Assembly (NCBI RefSeq): GCF_009834535.1
Contig: NC_045704.1
Span: forward strand, 9,424,001 to 9,488,000
Source: Camelus ferus
Taxonomy: Eukaryota
Direction of reading: 5' to 3'
Length of the DNA: 64,000 bases
Shown here: piece after piece, positions 40,401-53,305 of the stretch
Layout of the letters: each line of letters starts with the position of its first letter
How positions within the stretch are numbered: the stretch's first letter is position 1
Program-made: the position numbers and the translations under genes
The notes under the pieces: generated by a model
What the model was told of the DNA's origin: nothing
The model's database searches: none
Seen by the model: the letters and a program-made list of their open reading frames with translations, nothing else

Positions 40401-43400
40401 TACCGACTCAGGGCCTGCAGCTTGACCCCTGTGGCTTCTGACCTGAGGATTAGAGTGATCTTAATTGATGTGTGACCAGCATACAGACAAGTACACGGAT
40501 CCTAAGTGTCCGGCCACGTGGACACCCCTTTGCTGACGTCCAGAGAAGGGAGTGGAACCATCCCTGTACCCGGATGCCCTTCCTGGCCTCTGGCGTTTCT
40601 AAGAGGAACACAGTCCTGACCTCTTGCCCTGTAGATTTTGCCTTTTTTTGTTCTGTGTGTGATGCCCATACCTCTGGTAGGTGTGGTGGTTTGTCATTGT
40701 CATCTGCTGGGTGTGTCACTGTGTGACTGCCAAGTTGGTTTGCACTTAAGTGTGTCATTGAGAAGTCAAAGGTCCTGATTCATCCGTGTTTCCTTCTGAG
40801 AGTTTTATAGCGTCAGCTCTTAACATTTCGGTGTTTGATCCACCTTGGGCTGGTTCCTTGTATGTGGTGTGAGGTAGGGGGCCAGCCTCATTTGTTTGTG
40901 TGCAGGAATGCCAGTGTCCCAGCATCACCTGGTGAAGACTCCCCACTGCATGGTCCTGGAACCTTTGTCAAAAATCTTTTGACTGTAGGTGCAAAGGTTT
41001 ATTGTGTGTCTGTCCATGGCGGGGCTACCCTGTCTTGATTACTGTTAGGTTGTAGTGAGTTCTGAAATTGGAAGTGTGAGCGTCCCCAGCTTTGTTCTTT
41101 TGCAAGTTGTATTGATCATTTGGGGTCCTTTGAGATTCAGGGTGAATTTTAGAATGAGCTTGTCCTTCAGTGAAGACACCAGCTGGGATTCTGAGAGGGA
41201 TTGCCTTGAATCTATAGGTCTGTTCGCGGAGTGTTGCCATTTTAACAATATTTCACCTCCCAGCTGCTAAATAGAGGATGTGTTTCCGTTTATTTAGGTC
41301 TTTATTACTTTTAATGGTGTTTTGTGGTTTTCAGAGTGTAAGTTTTCTGCTGCTTTTGTTAAATTTATTCCTAAGCGTTTTGTTCTTTCTGATGCAATTC
41401 TGAGTGAAATTGTCCTGTCAAAGTCGTTTTGAAATTGTCTCAAGTGTATAAAAATACAGTAGCCTTTTGTATGTTGATCTTGTTTCCTGCATCCTTGCAA
41501 AATTTGCTTGTTCTAACAGTTTTAGAGGATTCATTAGGTTTCTGTGTACAAAATCACGCTTTCTACAATTAGAGATAGTTTTGCTTTCTCCTGTCCAAGC
41601 GGGAGGAGCAGGCCCCTGAGTTACGTTCCTGATCTGGGGGACATCGGGTCTCCCCCGTTGAGTGTGGCATGGCTGGCAGGTTCTGGAGATACCCTCCCAG
41701 GTTTCCAGGCTCAGGAATCTCCCTCCGCCCCGTCTGCTGAGTGTCTAGCTCGCTTTCACTGTGTGCAGACGAGCCGCTTCTGGTCCTGGCTGCTGGGGAC
41801 TGTGGAGCCACAGCGTGCATTCAGCATCTTGGGAACCTCCAAGTTTGCTTAGCGGTTCCCCGTTGGATGCATAGGCTGGCCAGACCTTCTCCATTGTCTC
41901 GAGTCACCAGCACTCGGCCGTTCTGTTTGGAGCAGCTGTGCTGCAGGACATTGCTTTCAGCCGAAGACACGGCGGTGATGAAAGTCCACCCGAGTCTGTC
42001 GTGGAGGAGGAGCGCAGAGTCAGCCTTCCCTGAGAGGGCCGGCCGCTCCTGCTGAGGGCTGCGTGGGCCTCTCCGCCCTTGTGCTGGTGGCCTCGCTCTC
42101 CCCCGAGGGTGCTCGGGTTCCCACCTGCCTTCCCGTATTGGGAGTGGGACTCTCTAGGCATCTTCGCACACCCGGGGCACAGTCCCGTGGCCTCTCCACT
42201 GCTCCCTCCCTTCCACCCCTTTGATTCCCTCAAGACCTTTGCTTGAGGCCAGCCCTGGGGGTTCAGGAGGATGGGATGGGAGCATTCCCCCTGCCCAGCA
42301 CAGTGGCTGGCTGACTGACCGGCAGTTCCTGGGGCAGGAGCAGAGGCAGCACAGACAGTGAGGAGGAAGAGGACGACGACGAGGAGGAGGACGAGGATGG
42401 TGATGGCCGGGCGGCTCGTGGTGGGGCCGGGCCCCCCTCCTACCCCAGCCCTTGCCCCCAGCCTCCGGGTGGGTGAATATGCAGGGTGGGGCGTGGTTGG
42501 GTGCACACAGGCTGCCTGCCTGCTGTGCTCACCCCTCCCTGCTCTCCCCTGCCAGGTCCCGGTTGGACAGCCACATTTGACCCAGTGCCTATGGATGCCC
42601 CGACCGGCCCCCAAAACTGCAGGGAGAAGGAGCCGCATTCTGGGCCCCCCGCCCCACAGGGCGCCCACGGCATGCCCCTGGACCTCCCTGCCTCGAGCCC
42701 AGCTGGCCCTGTGGCCCCCAGTGCCCTGCAGCTCAGGTGAGGCTGGCGAGGAAGGTGGGCTCCTGGGTCCTCGTTGCCTTAGGCTCCAGTGCCAATCCCA
42801 TCCGCCCTCGGGCTCCTGTTCTTACCTGCTAGGTCTCAGGACCCCGCCCCTCCCCCAGCACCTCAGGAAGCCACAGACGGCAGCAAAGTAGCGGAGCCCT
42901 TGGGTGAGCCCCCCCGCCCCCCCCCGCCCTTGTGCCCTGGCCTGGTGCGTACCTGTCCTGAGGAGCATGGCTGGCCTGAAGCTCACTGAGTCTCACGTCT
43001 CTGGGCCCTTCTTCTCTGCACAGCCCCTTGCCAGGCCTTGATCAGTGTCGGGGACCTCCAGGCTACCCTCAGAGGGACACACTCCGTCCCCAGCTCCTTG
43101 GACAGGTAACTGGCTGGGAGTAGCTGCCGGGGGCCAAGTAGGGGAGGTGGGTAGAGCCTGGCCCCTGGGTCCTCCCTGTCTCAGGGCCACTCCACGTGGC
43201 TCCTGCAGGACGCCCCACCCCTCTTCTGCGCCACTGCCCCAGAGCCTCAAGGCAGCTGGAGGTCTAGGGCTGCGCCTGTGCTCACACTGGTCACCAGAGA
43301 GGATCGTGGGTGGGAGGGCTTCCAGCAGGGTCAGAAGAGGGCAGGGCATGTGTGGAGTCTGTGTGTGTCCCAGCTGACCTTGACACAGGGTTCTCTGAAT

Positions 43401-43869
43401 ATGAGAGATGCCCTCGAGCTGTGCAGTCCTTCCCTGGCTTACACACCTGGGCCTAAGGGTGACTGCAGGGTGTCGGGGACAGTAGGTAACCTTCAGATGC
43501 CTCCACAGTGCAACCAGAGACCCTGCTACCTCTGTCCCAGCCTCCGGGGCCCACCAGTCCCCCCAGACCACAGGTGGGGAGAAGAGCCCAGAGCCTTTGG
43601 GGCTCCCCCGAAGCCAGAGGTGAGTGTGGTGCAATGCCACGGGGCAGCTGGTGTTCAGTGGGGGAGGCACTGACTCTTCCCGTGTCCCTCTCCCCCAGCA
43701 GTGCCCTGGACCTCGAGCCGCTCTTGATGCCCAACGGCTCTGCCCCAGGAGGGCCGGCGTCCCCGGGCTCCCAGTGAGTGGTGGGGGCTGGGGGCTGCGG
43801 GTGGGCTGGGCCTGGGTGGGCCGGGGCATTGGGCTCCTCACACAGGTCTCCCTCTCGGTTCCCAGGTAA
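31412..43869 (+). CDS. PPP6R1: Protein phosphatase 6 regulatory subunit 1 (SAPS1), complete CDS, 880 aa (879 with the distal NAGNAG acceptor)
   Basis: Coding exons 31412-31638, 32857-33043, 33126-33263, 33364-33429, 34793-34905, 34991-35104, 35422-35584, 35679-35831, 35926-36060, 36561-36625, 36702-36817, 36912-36997, 37104-37193, 37293-37390, 39591-39648, 39726-39904, 42338-42468, 42556-42736, 42833-42903, 43024-43105, 43509-43619, 43699-43773, 43866-43869 (sum 2643 nt). Starts [38 protein letters not shown] (SAPS family), acidic tracts in the C-terminal half, ends [15 protein letters not shown]. Non-coding exon 1 donor at 22464/22465. Confidence 0.96.
38033..38045 (+). promoter_or_regulatory. 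Candidate CTCF site in PPP6R1 intron 15
   Basis: CCACCAGAGGGCA matches the CTCF core consensus; motif match only. Confidence 0.35.
40770..41580 (-). mobile_element. Old L1 ORF2 fragment
   Basis: Minus-strand translations resemble L1 ORF2 pieces ([12 protein letters not shown]..., FTLNLKGPQ..., KRLGINLTK...LHSENHKT). Confidence 0.8.
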
Positions 43870-44745
43870 CTGCCTGGTTCCAGTGGTGGCGGCCAAATCC
43901 TCCATACTCCACGTGGACCCTGCCCGGGTGGGGGCAGGGCAGATCCCATGATGGCCCTGATGCCCCATCACCCCATCCCCACCCCACCCACTCTATGCCC
44001 TCTCTGGACTCCCGGGAGGCTGGTGCCAGGGAGACAGGCCCCGATCCACCCCCATTTGCACTGAGAAAAGAAATTTCGGAGTATTGTCTCCTAGAATAAA
44101 GATAGAATCGAATAGAGAGGAGAGTTGAAGGAGAAAGAGACCTATATTATATATTATATATATATATTGAGGGAGGAGAGAGTGGGTGGCCAGAGAGCCA
44201 GAGGAAGCAGGGCTGGGCGGGAGGCAGCTTGGACCTGCACCCTGTCCCACTGGGACTGCTGTGGTGGGGGTCCTGAGGTTGCCACCACCCTCCCCTCCTG
44301 CCGTGCCCCCCACTCTCGGGTGCAGACGCCCACACCCACACTCGGCCTTTCAGCTCAGGTCCACCTTGGGGGAGGGCCCGAGTGGGGGTCGTGCCTTTGC
44401 CCAAACCCTCTCACCCTGGACCCTGCACTTTGACCCAGGCTGGGAGCTAAAAGACCCTCCACCCGGCCCAGCCAGCTCTGTGGGACCCCGGGGCCCTGGT
44501 CCCAGGGGCCTCCCCGGTGACATTCCCACAGGGCCCTGATGCAGTTGCCGAGCCCCACCCCCCATCTCCTATAGTCCCTGGGGCGGGGCTTCGGCGAGGG
44601 TCTGGCTGGGGTCCCCCTCCTACTCCTTAGGGTCTGGGGTCCAGCCCAGCTGCCAAGTGACCTTGTCCCAGCTCCCTCTCCCCAGGCTGACGTGAGTGTG
44701 TGTGTGTTCGTGCCGAGCTTCTGTTTCATATTGCAAATATAAACA

Positions 44746-44751
44746 AATAAA
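44746..44751 (+). terminator. PPP6R1 distal polyadenylation signal (proximal candidate AATAAA at 44095-44100)
   Basis: ttgcaaatataaacAAATAAAagaag at the end of the GC-rich 3'UTR. Confidence 0.7.
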
Positions 44752-45680
44752 AGAAGACAGTTTAAGACTCCTGTTGCTCAGACCTTGGGCCCTGGGATGT
44801 GGGTTCAAGGAACCCGAGATACTCCTGCACCACTGGATTGGGACCTTCGGAGCGTGGAATTAGGGCCTTCAGCCTCTGCACTGCTGGAGGGGTAACTTCT
44901 GCTCACACCTGGAAGGGTTTCCTGGAGGAGGAGCTAAGCACTACGCAGCCTCATGCGAGACTGGTTCTGGCAAGCCCACCCATGTCCACACACGCGGGAC
45001 CTGGGATTTGGCGAGTGAGCTTCCAACCGGTCCCCTTTCTCACCCCCCCAACCTCCCCGGCCATGCTGCAGAAGCCACGTCCCCTGAGCCCTTTCTCCTT
45101 GGTGGAACAGTGGTGGCTGGGGCAGCCAATGAGTCAGACAGGCGGGTGCCCAGTGTTCTGTGCCTTCCAAGGGGAAGGTAAAGAACACACCTGGCTGGAT
45201 GTGCCTGGGAGCCTTCCCCGGAGCCGGGGGCGGGCATGGACGACAACCTCCTTGTCCAGCTCCTGTTTGTTCAGTGAGCGTTGGTGGTGGAGGCACTGAG
45301 GCGGGTGCAGGGTGGTACGGGCTCCCGAGGGAAGGCCAGGCTGGGGCACAGCGAGGTGGGGAGAGTCTCCGACCTGTCTCTTGGTTCTGGAGGGGTGGTC
45401 CTCCCCTCCCCTCTCCCCCTTGCTCATGAAGGGGAGGACACTGGAATCCTGCACCCCTTTCCCTTTTGACCAACCAGGTAAAGGACAATGGGAGGGGCAT
45501 TTGCGGCCATGGCCCCCCAGGCAGGGAGGAAGCCGGGGGAAACCAGGCTGTGAAGGAGGAAAGACCCCTGGGTCCCAGTGGGCTCCTTATCAGCAGGTGC
45601 CAGGCAGGGCCATCCCCAGGGTGGGGACAGCATCTCCCTGGGCCCTGTTACCAGTCTCAGAGTCCACAGGACACAACTCT

Positions 45681-45695
45681 GGTTAATGTGTAACC
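45681..45695 (+). promoter_or_regulatory. HNF1-like palindrome in the TMEM86B proximal promoter
   Basis: GGTTAATGTGTAACC, 13/15 compatible with GGTTAATNATTAACC, 68 nt upstream of the ATG. Confidence 0.5.
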
Positions 45696-45762
45696 ACATG
45701 CTGTCCCCTCTACCCCGAAAGCCCTGGTGCCCACATGCAGGCCACTCTAGGTCTAGGCCGAC

Positions 45763-47313
45763 ATGGATGCCCGGAAAGAGGGGCCGCCCCGAAAACCTTG
45801 CTTCTCAGCTCAAGTGAGAGCCATCGAGGGGGTTGAGGGTGGGCTGGGCCTGGGCTCCAGGAATCCAAGTGACCTGGAGGAAGAGGGGGACTGGGTTCTG
45901 TGAGGCAGACGTCCTGGTGCCTGTGCAGCTGCTCCCTACCCCGGACAGCAGTCTGGGTCCCTGAATGGGGCTAGGGTGGAAGCTCAACTCCTGGTTGGGT
46001 GGGGCCTGGTCCCGGGGGCTGGGGGCTGGGCTGAGCTCCGGAGGCTCAGCGGCCCCCTCATCCCCCGGAGCAGCCTCATGTGGTCAGGTGGCTGAGCCCC
46101 TTCTTCCTCACCTGTGCCGTGTACTTCCTCCTCTGGATCCCTGAGGACCAGCCATCCTGGGTCGGCGCCCTGGTCAAGTGCCTGCCCATCCTTTCCCTGG
46201 TGGTGTTCCTGTGGACTGTACCCTCCGGCGGGGGCCACCACTTTCTCCTGCAGGGGGCCCTTCTGTGCTCAGCCGTGGGGGACGCCTGCCTCATCTGGCC
46301 TGAGGGCTTCCTCCACGGTGAGTGGGGGTGTGTTGGGGCTGTGTCGTGTTGTCCTTTTCAGACCCCAGGCTGGGGGGTAAGGGGTGGCTCCCTAGTAGAG
46401 CACCTGCCGAGTGTGTGAGCAAAGGCACTGGGGAACAGCAGTGAGGGAGACGCACCCAAACCCCAGCCCCCATGGAGCTCTCCTTCCACTGAGGGCAGGG
46501 GCAGTGTGAGTGCCGTGGAGGGAGAACGCAGAGGGCATCCAGGGGTCAGGGTCGCGGTCTCAAGTAGGCTGGTCAAAGCCATGTGCCCTTCATTCCAGGG
46601 AAGAACCTTCCAGGCAGAGTGACCAGCAAGTGCAAAGGCCCTGGGCTGGGAGTGTGCCTGGTGGGTGGAGCTGATGGGAGTTGGTGGACACTCCTGAGCA
46701 GAGTAAGGACAGGATGCAGGTTGCACTGCAAAGTTGTTCTGAAGCCAAGGGCAGGAAGCAGGGGGACCGCCAAGGAGGCTGGCACCGTCATCCCAGCAGC
46801 GTGGCCAGCGTGGCCAGGGCGGGAACTGGTGTGTAGGATGCCCTTTCTGTCAAGCTCTGAGGGCAGTAGGGTGGTGTGGGGAAGCGGAGGACCCGGCACC
46901 TTACTGGGTGCTCCCACCCGTCTCCTCCAGGCGTGGCTGCCTTCACCTTGGCCCACCTGCTCTACCTCTGGGCCTTCGGCCTCACTCCCCTGCAGCCCGG
47001 CCTCCTGCTGCGTATCGTCCTGGCTTGCATCCTGTGTTACTGCCTCCTGCTTTGGCACCTCCCACCCAACATGGTCCTGCCCCTGATGGCTTACTCCCTA
47101 GTCCTGGCCGCCATGCTGTGGCGTGGCCTGGCCAGGGGCGGGAGTGCCAGCTGGGGTGCCCTGCTCTTCATGCTTTCGGATGCTGTGCTGGCTTGGAACA
47201 CCTTTGCCCAGCCCCTGCCCCATGCCCGCCTGGTGATCATGACCACCTACTATGCCGCCCAGATGCTCATCACCCTGTCGGTCTTCCAGGGCCCCAGGCT
47301 CAAGTCCACCTGA
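45763..47313 (+). CDS. TMEM86B: Lysoplasmalogenase TMEM86B (YhhN family), complete CDS, 226 aa (225 with the distal acceptor)
   Basis: Exons 45763-45813 ([17 protein letters not shown]), 46071(or 46074)-46317 ([30 protein letters not shown]...[15 protein letters not shown]), 46931-47313 ([17 protein letters not shown]...[42 protein letters not shown]...*). YhhN-type motifs GD, AH, SD, TYYAAQ; syntenic position. Confidence 0.95.
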
Positions 47314-48027
47314 CTGGGGGCCAAGACAGGCAAGTGTCCGCACCCTCCCCTCCTCCAAGGACCTGGGCCCCCAAGACCAGCGAGGCCAGAGAAATACCCT
47401 TGGGGGCAAGAGCCAGGCCTGCAGACTCCTGTCTGCGGTACTGGTCTATCTGGAGACACATGGGAACCGTTGGCAGAAATTCAAATGCACCACCGAGTTC
47501 CCACTCAGTTCTGATTCCAGATTCCAGGCCCCTCAACCAGATCTACACTGGACCCTCCTCGGCCTCCCGCTTTCCTCTGTGATCCCGGTGTGCCTCCCCT
47601 TCCCTCTGGCCTGGATCTCTTTCTCTTGCCTAAGTAAAGCGGGCATTGAAGCTGTGACATCTGTTATTTGGGGAAGGGCGTGAGGGCAGGGAGGATCACA
47701 ATAACAGCAAATGGTTCTTTTCCCTTTTTTGCCCACAAAATTGACCATTTTAATCACTTCTAAGTGTACAGTTCAGTGGCATTAAGTACTTTCACAGTGT
47801 TGTGGATTGAACACTTGCCATGAAATCTACACTCGGAACACGTTTGCTGTGCGGTGTTGTTACCTATACCTACAGCAGACCCCCCGTGGACCAGTCCTGG
47901 TGCCAGGGCTTAGGGGACATGGAAGTGCCCCCTCCCCCCGCAGGGCCTGTTGACGATGGGGGGATTCATTATACCCATTGGACAGGTGAGGATTTTACAG
48001 ACTGAGAGCAGGAGGAGACTGGTCAAT

Positions 48028-48420
48028 ATGTTAGTTTCCTATGACTGCAAATTACTCTAAACTGGATGGCTTAAAACAACAGCAACTTGTTCTGTCACAG
48101 TTCTGGAGGCCCAGAAGTCCAAAATCAAGGTGTTGTCAGGCTGTCCTCCCTCCAAGGCTCCAGGGAGGGTCCTTCCAGCCTCTTCCAGCTCCTGACGGCC
48201 GTACCCAGCCCTGGAGCGCCTTCATTTCACGTGGCATCCTCTCCCTCTGTGAGTCTGTCCTCTCCTAAGGACACCAGTTGGATTCAGGGTCCACCCTAAA
48301 TCCGGGATAATCTCATTTTGAGATCCTGAACTTAATTACATCTCCAAAGACTCTGTTTCTAATTAACATCACGTCCATAGGTAGTGGGCCCTGACTTGGG
48401 CACGTCTCTTCGGGGGACGC
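48028..48420 (-). mobile_element. MLT1-type LTR
   Basis: tgttagtttcctatgactgca...aaactggatggcttaaaacaacagcaactt...cacagttctggaggcccagaagtccaaaatcaaggtgt...tcctctcctaaggacaccagt...cttaattacatct. Confidence 0.8.
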
Positions 48421-50029
48421 AGTTCAGTGCACTGCAGTCACATGCAGTATCAGGAGAGAGAGTTGAGGAGGTGAGGAAACTCAAAGATGAGGGGAGCTTG
48501 GAGGAAGGGGTAGGTAACCACGTGGTGGGAATAGAGTACCGAGGAAGGAAGAAGCCGAGCGTGGCAGCTCACTGCCCCTCTCGGCCTCAGGTTCTGCGTG
48601 TGAGGGCAGGAAGCAGTCAGAGCTGCTCTCCAAACCCTGCTCAATTTCCACATCCATGATTTGTTTTTAAAAGGACCCTTACAGCAGAGAGGAGACTTCT
48701 ATGTCTATGATGTGCGTTTAAAAGGGCCTCATAGCAGAGAGGAGTCTTCTACATTCATGATGTGCTTTTAGGGACCCTTCAAGCTCACCCTTTTTTAGTG
48801 GCTGCCCCATCTTCAGACCAGGATCCCCACTCACCCTAGAGGAAGGTCTCAGCCCAGATGAGGCAGGTGATCAGGGTGGGGTGCCCTGCTCTTCGCAGTC
48901 TCAGATACCATGTTGTCCTGGGATGCCTGCCTTCAGCCCCAAACCCAGCTGGCGGCGATCACCACCTCCTGCGCTGCCCTGGTCCTCATCACTCTCATCC
49001 ATTAAGGGTGCAAGGCTCAGGATAGATTAACTGGGGTGGGGGTGGGGTGGGGGGTAAATGAGTGAGCACCCTTCCCCCTCCTAAAGGGCTCCCCAGAACA
49101 ACCTCCCACCCCTAGGGAAAAGTACTGAGGTGTGATATTTCCAGCCACCATCTCTCTGAGCACCACGTTCTGTTGTTTTTTTTTTTTAAATTGAGATGTG
49201 ATCAACACATAACATTGTGTAAGTTTAAGGGGTACTAGTGTTGATTTGATACATCAATACACCTCAGTATGATTACCCCCTTAGTCTTAGCTGACACCCC
49301 TATTGCATCACAAAATTACCTTTCTTATTTGTGGTGGGACCAATTAAGATCTAGCCTTTTAGGAGCTTTGAAGTTTCTAGTATAATATTGTCGACTATAA
49401 TCACTTATACTGTGACCATGTTCTGCTCAAAGGCGTTTATGTCCAATTCCTGGAGAAAAAAATGTTACGATCGCAGCTTTACAGACATATACTTCATATA
49501 CCAACTGCCCATTTAAAGTGTGCTTGTCAGAGGTTTTCAGTATGTTCGTAGAGTCATGCCCCTATCATAATGACCTTAGAACATTTACGTCATCCCAAAA
49601 GAGACCTCGTACCTTTTAGCTGTTGCCTCCCCAGTCACCCATCCTCTTCAGCCCAAGGCCACCACCAGCATAGTTCATCTTTAAACGTTGGCGTGATCAA
49701 TCATTTGGGTGGTTACCAGATGTTTCACAATGATAAATGATTATGACTCTGCGCTCAGTTCCGGTATGGGGCTCTCTCCGCACACCATCAAGCAAGTCTC
49801 CAGCACCACCAGCTGGGCATCCTACAATTCAACTCAATCCTGACATTATCCCACAGGTTCAGGACTCATTCCTACAGGGCTTCCCCTTTCCCCTCTGTCT
49901 CCACATGTTCACCAACCCAGCAGGCTGAGCATAAACTGAGACCAGTCTGGGTCTGGGTGACCTGACCCCTAGTTCAGGGTCACTCCAGTTTCATTTCCAC
50001 ATGGAGTTCTGGCCTTTCCAGTGCAAGTC

Positions 50030-50177
50030 TTTTTTTTTTTTTTTTAAACATGTAGTCTTTTTTTAAATTTATTTTTTGGGGAGGTAATTAAGTTTATTTC
50101 TTATTGGAGGTACTGGGGATTGAACCCAGGATGTCATACGTGCTAAGCAGGCTCTACCTCTGAGCTACACCCTCTTC
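50030..50177 (-). mobile_element. Camelid-type tRNA-derived SINE (reverse)
   Basis: T-rich tail then ggaggtaattaagtttattt...ggaggtactggggattgaacccagg...gtgctaagca...ctctacctctgagctacaccctc. Confidence 0.85.
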
Positions 50178-50972
50178 ATCCGTACCACCACCCCACACCA
50201 TGCAAATTCTTCACTTGACCGCATCCTACTGTTGTGCTCAGACTCACCCTGAAGTCATCTCCCCCTCCGGGACAGAGGCGTCCTGTGTGTCACACTGTGG
50301 TTAACTTCCCAGTCTGTCTCACCGCAGCGCGAGCTTGGCCAGGCCTGGAAGAGTCCGTTTGCCCTTGGAGTCCCTGGGGCTCATTCAGTCTGCGGTCCCG
50401 CCTGCAGGAAGCTGCAGGTGTTGGGTGAACACACCTGCAGGGAATGGCTTCAAGAGAATGAGCAGATACGCTTCAGTTCTTGAACCACACAGGGAGAGGA
50501 AAGCATGGGGCAGAGGGACCGACTGACAGTCACAGGACAACAAAAGTGGTGAGGAACTCCTGGGAATGCTGACGGGGTCACAAATGGGTGGTGGAGGGAG
50601 ACAGGGTTGGCGGCTGGGCCTGGCTGCAGAGGGGATAGCCATGGAGTCCGTAGAAAGAGAGTTTGGCTCCTCCTGCGGGTAGACCACACAGAACTGAAAA
50701 CAGATGATGTGAAAATTCAAATGACATTATTTGTAACAGCCAAAGGGTGAAAACCCAAATGTCCATCAGCTGGTGGCTGGAGAAACAAGTTGTCATCAAT
50801 TCCGTATGGTGGAATATTATTCGGCCATGAAAAGGAGTGGAGTATAGCTTTTGGGTGATTCTTGTGTCAACATAGTTTCATCAGTGGTGACAAATGTACC
50901 ACTCTGGTGGGGTTGTTGACACTGGGGGAGGCTGTGCATGAGTCGGGGCAGGGGTGTATTAGAAATCTCTGT

Positions 50973-51262
50973 GCAGACATAGTAAGCAATTTTATGGTTA
51001 CCAGGGGAAAGGGGGTGGGAAGGGATAAATTTGGGAGTTTGAGATTTGCAAATGTTAATCACTGTATATGAAAATAGATAAAAAACCAATTTCTTCTGTA
51101 TAGCACAGGGAGCTATATTCAATATCTTGTAATAACCTTTAATGAAAAAGAATATGAAAACAAATACACATATGTATTTGCATGACTGGGACATTATGCT
51201 GTACACCAGAAATGGACACATTGTAACTGACTGTACTTCAATTGAAAAACAACAACAACAAA
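50973..51262 (+). mobile_element. Young cetartiodactyl L1 3' end nested in an older L1, with TSD
   Basis: ttatggttaccaggggaaagggggtgg...gactgtacttcaattgaaaaacaacaac; flanked by agaaatctctgt (50961-50972) and agaaatctttgt (51263-51274). Confidence 0.85.
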
Positions 51263-51689
51263 AGAAATCTTTGTACCTTCCACTCAATTTTGCTGGGAAC
51301 TTAAAAGTGCAGACAAAAATAACTCCATCACGGACAGCAAACTTTTCCTGTAAAGAGCCAGGTAGTAACTACTTTGTGGGCCCAGAGGCACAATGAGGAA
51401 GGATATTATGTAAATACTTAATAAAAGAGAAGACAAATTTCCACACTTTTTAAAAAAAAATCAATGAAGTTAAAAATAGAAGATCGGTAACTGAGTGCAA
51501 TTTGTTATAATACCAATGAAAATGTTTTAGTCTGCTGGGGCTGCCTTAACAAAGTACCACACATTGTGTGGCTTAAGTAGCAGAAATGTCTTGCAGTCAG
51601 TCCTGGAAGGCCAGAAGTTCAAGATCAAGGTGTCAGCATGTGTTGGATCCTGCTGTATGATTCCACTTATATAACATTGTTGAAATGGC

Positions 51690-51935
51690 AGAATTTTTTT
51701 TGTTATTTTTAACGATTTCTTTAAACTGAGGTGTAGTTAATTTACAATGTTGTGTTAGTTTGAGGTGTACAGCCAAGTGATTCAGTTTTATATACATAGA
51801 TATATTCTTTGTGAGATTCTTTTCCATTATAGGTTATTACAAGATATTGAATATAGTTCCCTGTGCTATACATTATAAACTTATTTATCTACTTTATATA
51901 TAGTAGTTAGTATCTATTAATCCCATATTCCAAAT
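51690..51935 (-). mobile_element. Cetartiodactyl L1 3' end (reverse)
   Basis: tagttaatttacaatgttgtgttagttt...ttccattataggttattacaagatattgaatatagttccctgtgctatac. Confidence 0.8.
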
Positions 51936-53305
51936 TCATCCCTAGTAGATAGTATTTTTGAATTTTTATTTTTATTAAGCACTACATAATACATGAAAAA
52001 CCTTCTAGCAGGGGTAAGTGAGAACCACCGAGTTGTTTTTTCATCAGTCAGGAAAATGCCTCCTCAGGCAATCGGTGTTCTCCAAATCCTTCAGTACATA
52101 GCACCCATTAACCCCAGGGATACGCCTCCCTCTTTCCATCAAAGTCCGCTGAGATGATAAAGGGCAGTCCTTTTTCTAAATAGGGGACCTTCAGATACCT
52201 GTGAGTCCAGAGCTGTCCAGGAGCAGGTAGCTGCTGTGTATTGCGGTAGATAGTGTTTTTAATTCCATTTCAAAAGCAAGAGGACAGAGACACAGTGAGG
52301 TTGGATAAGGTTCAAGATGGCATTGGTGATTAGTGACAAGCATGCTGTTTGCAGTACCCACACTCTTCACTTTCAGACTGTATGTGAAATGCAGGCGGCC
52401 TGAGAAGCCCCTCCGACGCTGGAGGTCTAGGGATGAACCAAAAATAAACATGGCCTACGGTTTCTCAAAGGCTTTAAAAGAACCAGGCATTGCTCTAAGA
52501 CTTTATATATGAACTCACTTACTCCTCACAGCATATTTACAAGGGGTTGTGCCCATTTTGGTAGATTAGGAATCTAAGTCACTGCAAATTTAAGCCACTT
52601 GGCTCAAGGGCCTGGGTAGAATGTGGCACGTGCCTCCGCACATACGGACAGTCTGGCATGTGTTGTAGAGACAGCACAGGTCCTGACGGAGCTAAAAAGA
52701 CAGGTCTGACCCAGCATGTTGACCCTTGAATCCTAAGGGCTAGCAGGAAGGGGCACCTGGCAGAGCAGACGGCATATGCAAAGGCCAGGAGGCAGAATAT
52801 ACTGGGCTCATTTGGTGACAGCTGCACGGATTTGGGGGAGGCAGGGAGAGGCTGAGGGGCCAGTGCCTGCCTCAGGGCGCAGGAGAGTAGACCCCCCACC
52901 TGGCTTTGGTGTGTAACTGTCCACTTGAGAGGGATGGACACATCTTTCTTCCGGCACCCCCTCCCACTCTGAACATCTGGGACATGTGTTGTGCATGCAT
53001 ACATCAGCGGGAAGAAGTGCCCTCATCTCTTACCCGCGCAGGATAAAGTGAAGCGAGGCAGGGGCTGCAGGGGAGACCCTGTGGCCAGGAGAAGCCAGAG
53101 CTTCCAGAGGTGAGGACCAAGGCTGAGGGCGGGGGTGGGGCTAGGAGTTCTCCGGCTGGAAAGCCTCTACTTCCTCCTCCTCCCTTCTTGCCCTGGCCTA
53201 TGGCCTTACTGCTGGGCTGGGAAAGGGGAAATTCTTGCGTTTAAAGTCCAGCAGGTGGAAGGTCCTGGGCTAGGACACTTGGGTCCCCTGGCAGTGTCCA
53301 GAGAC

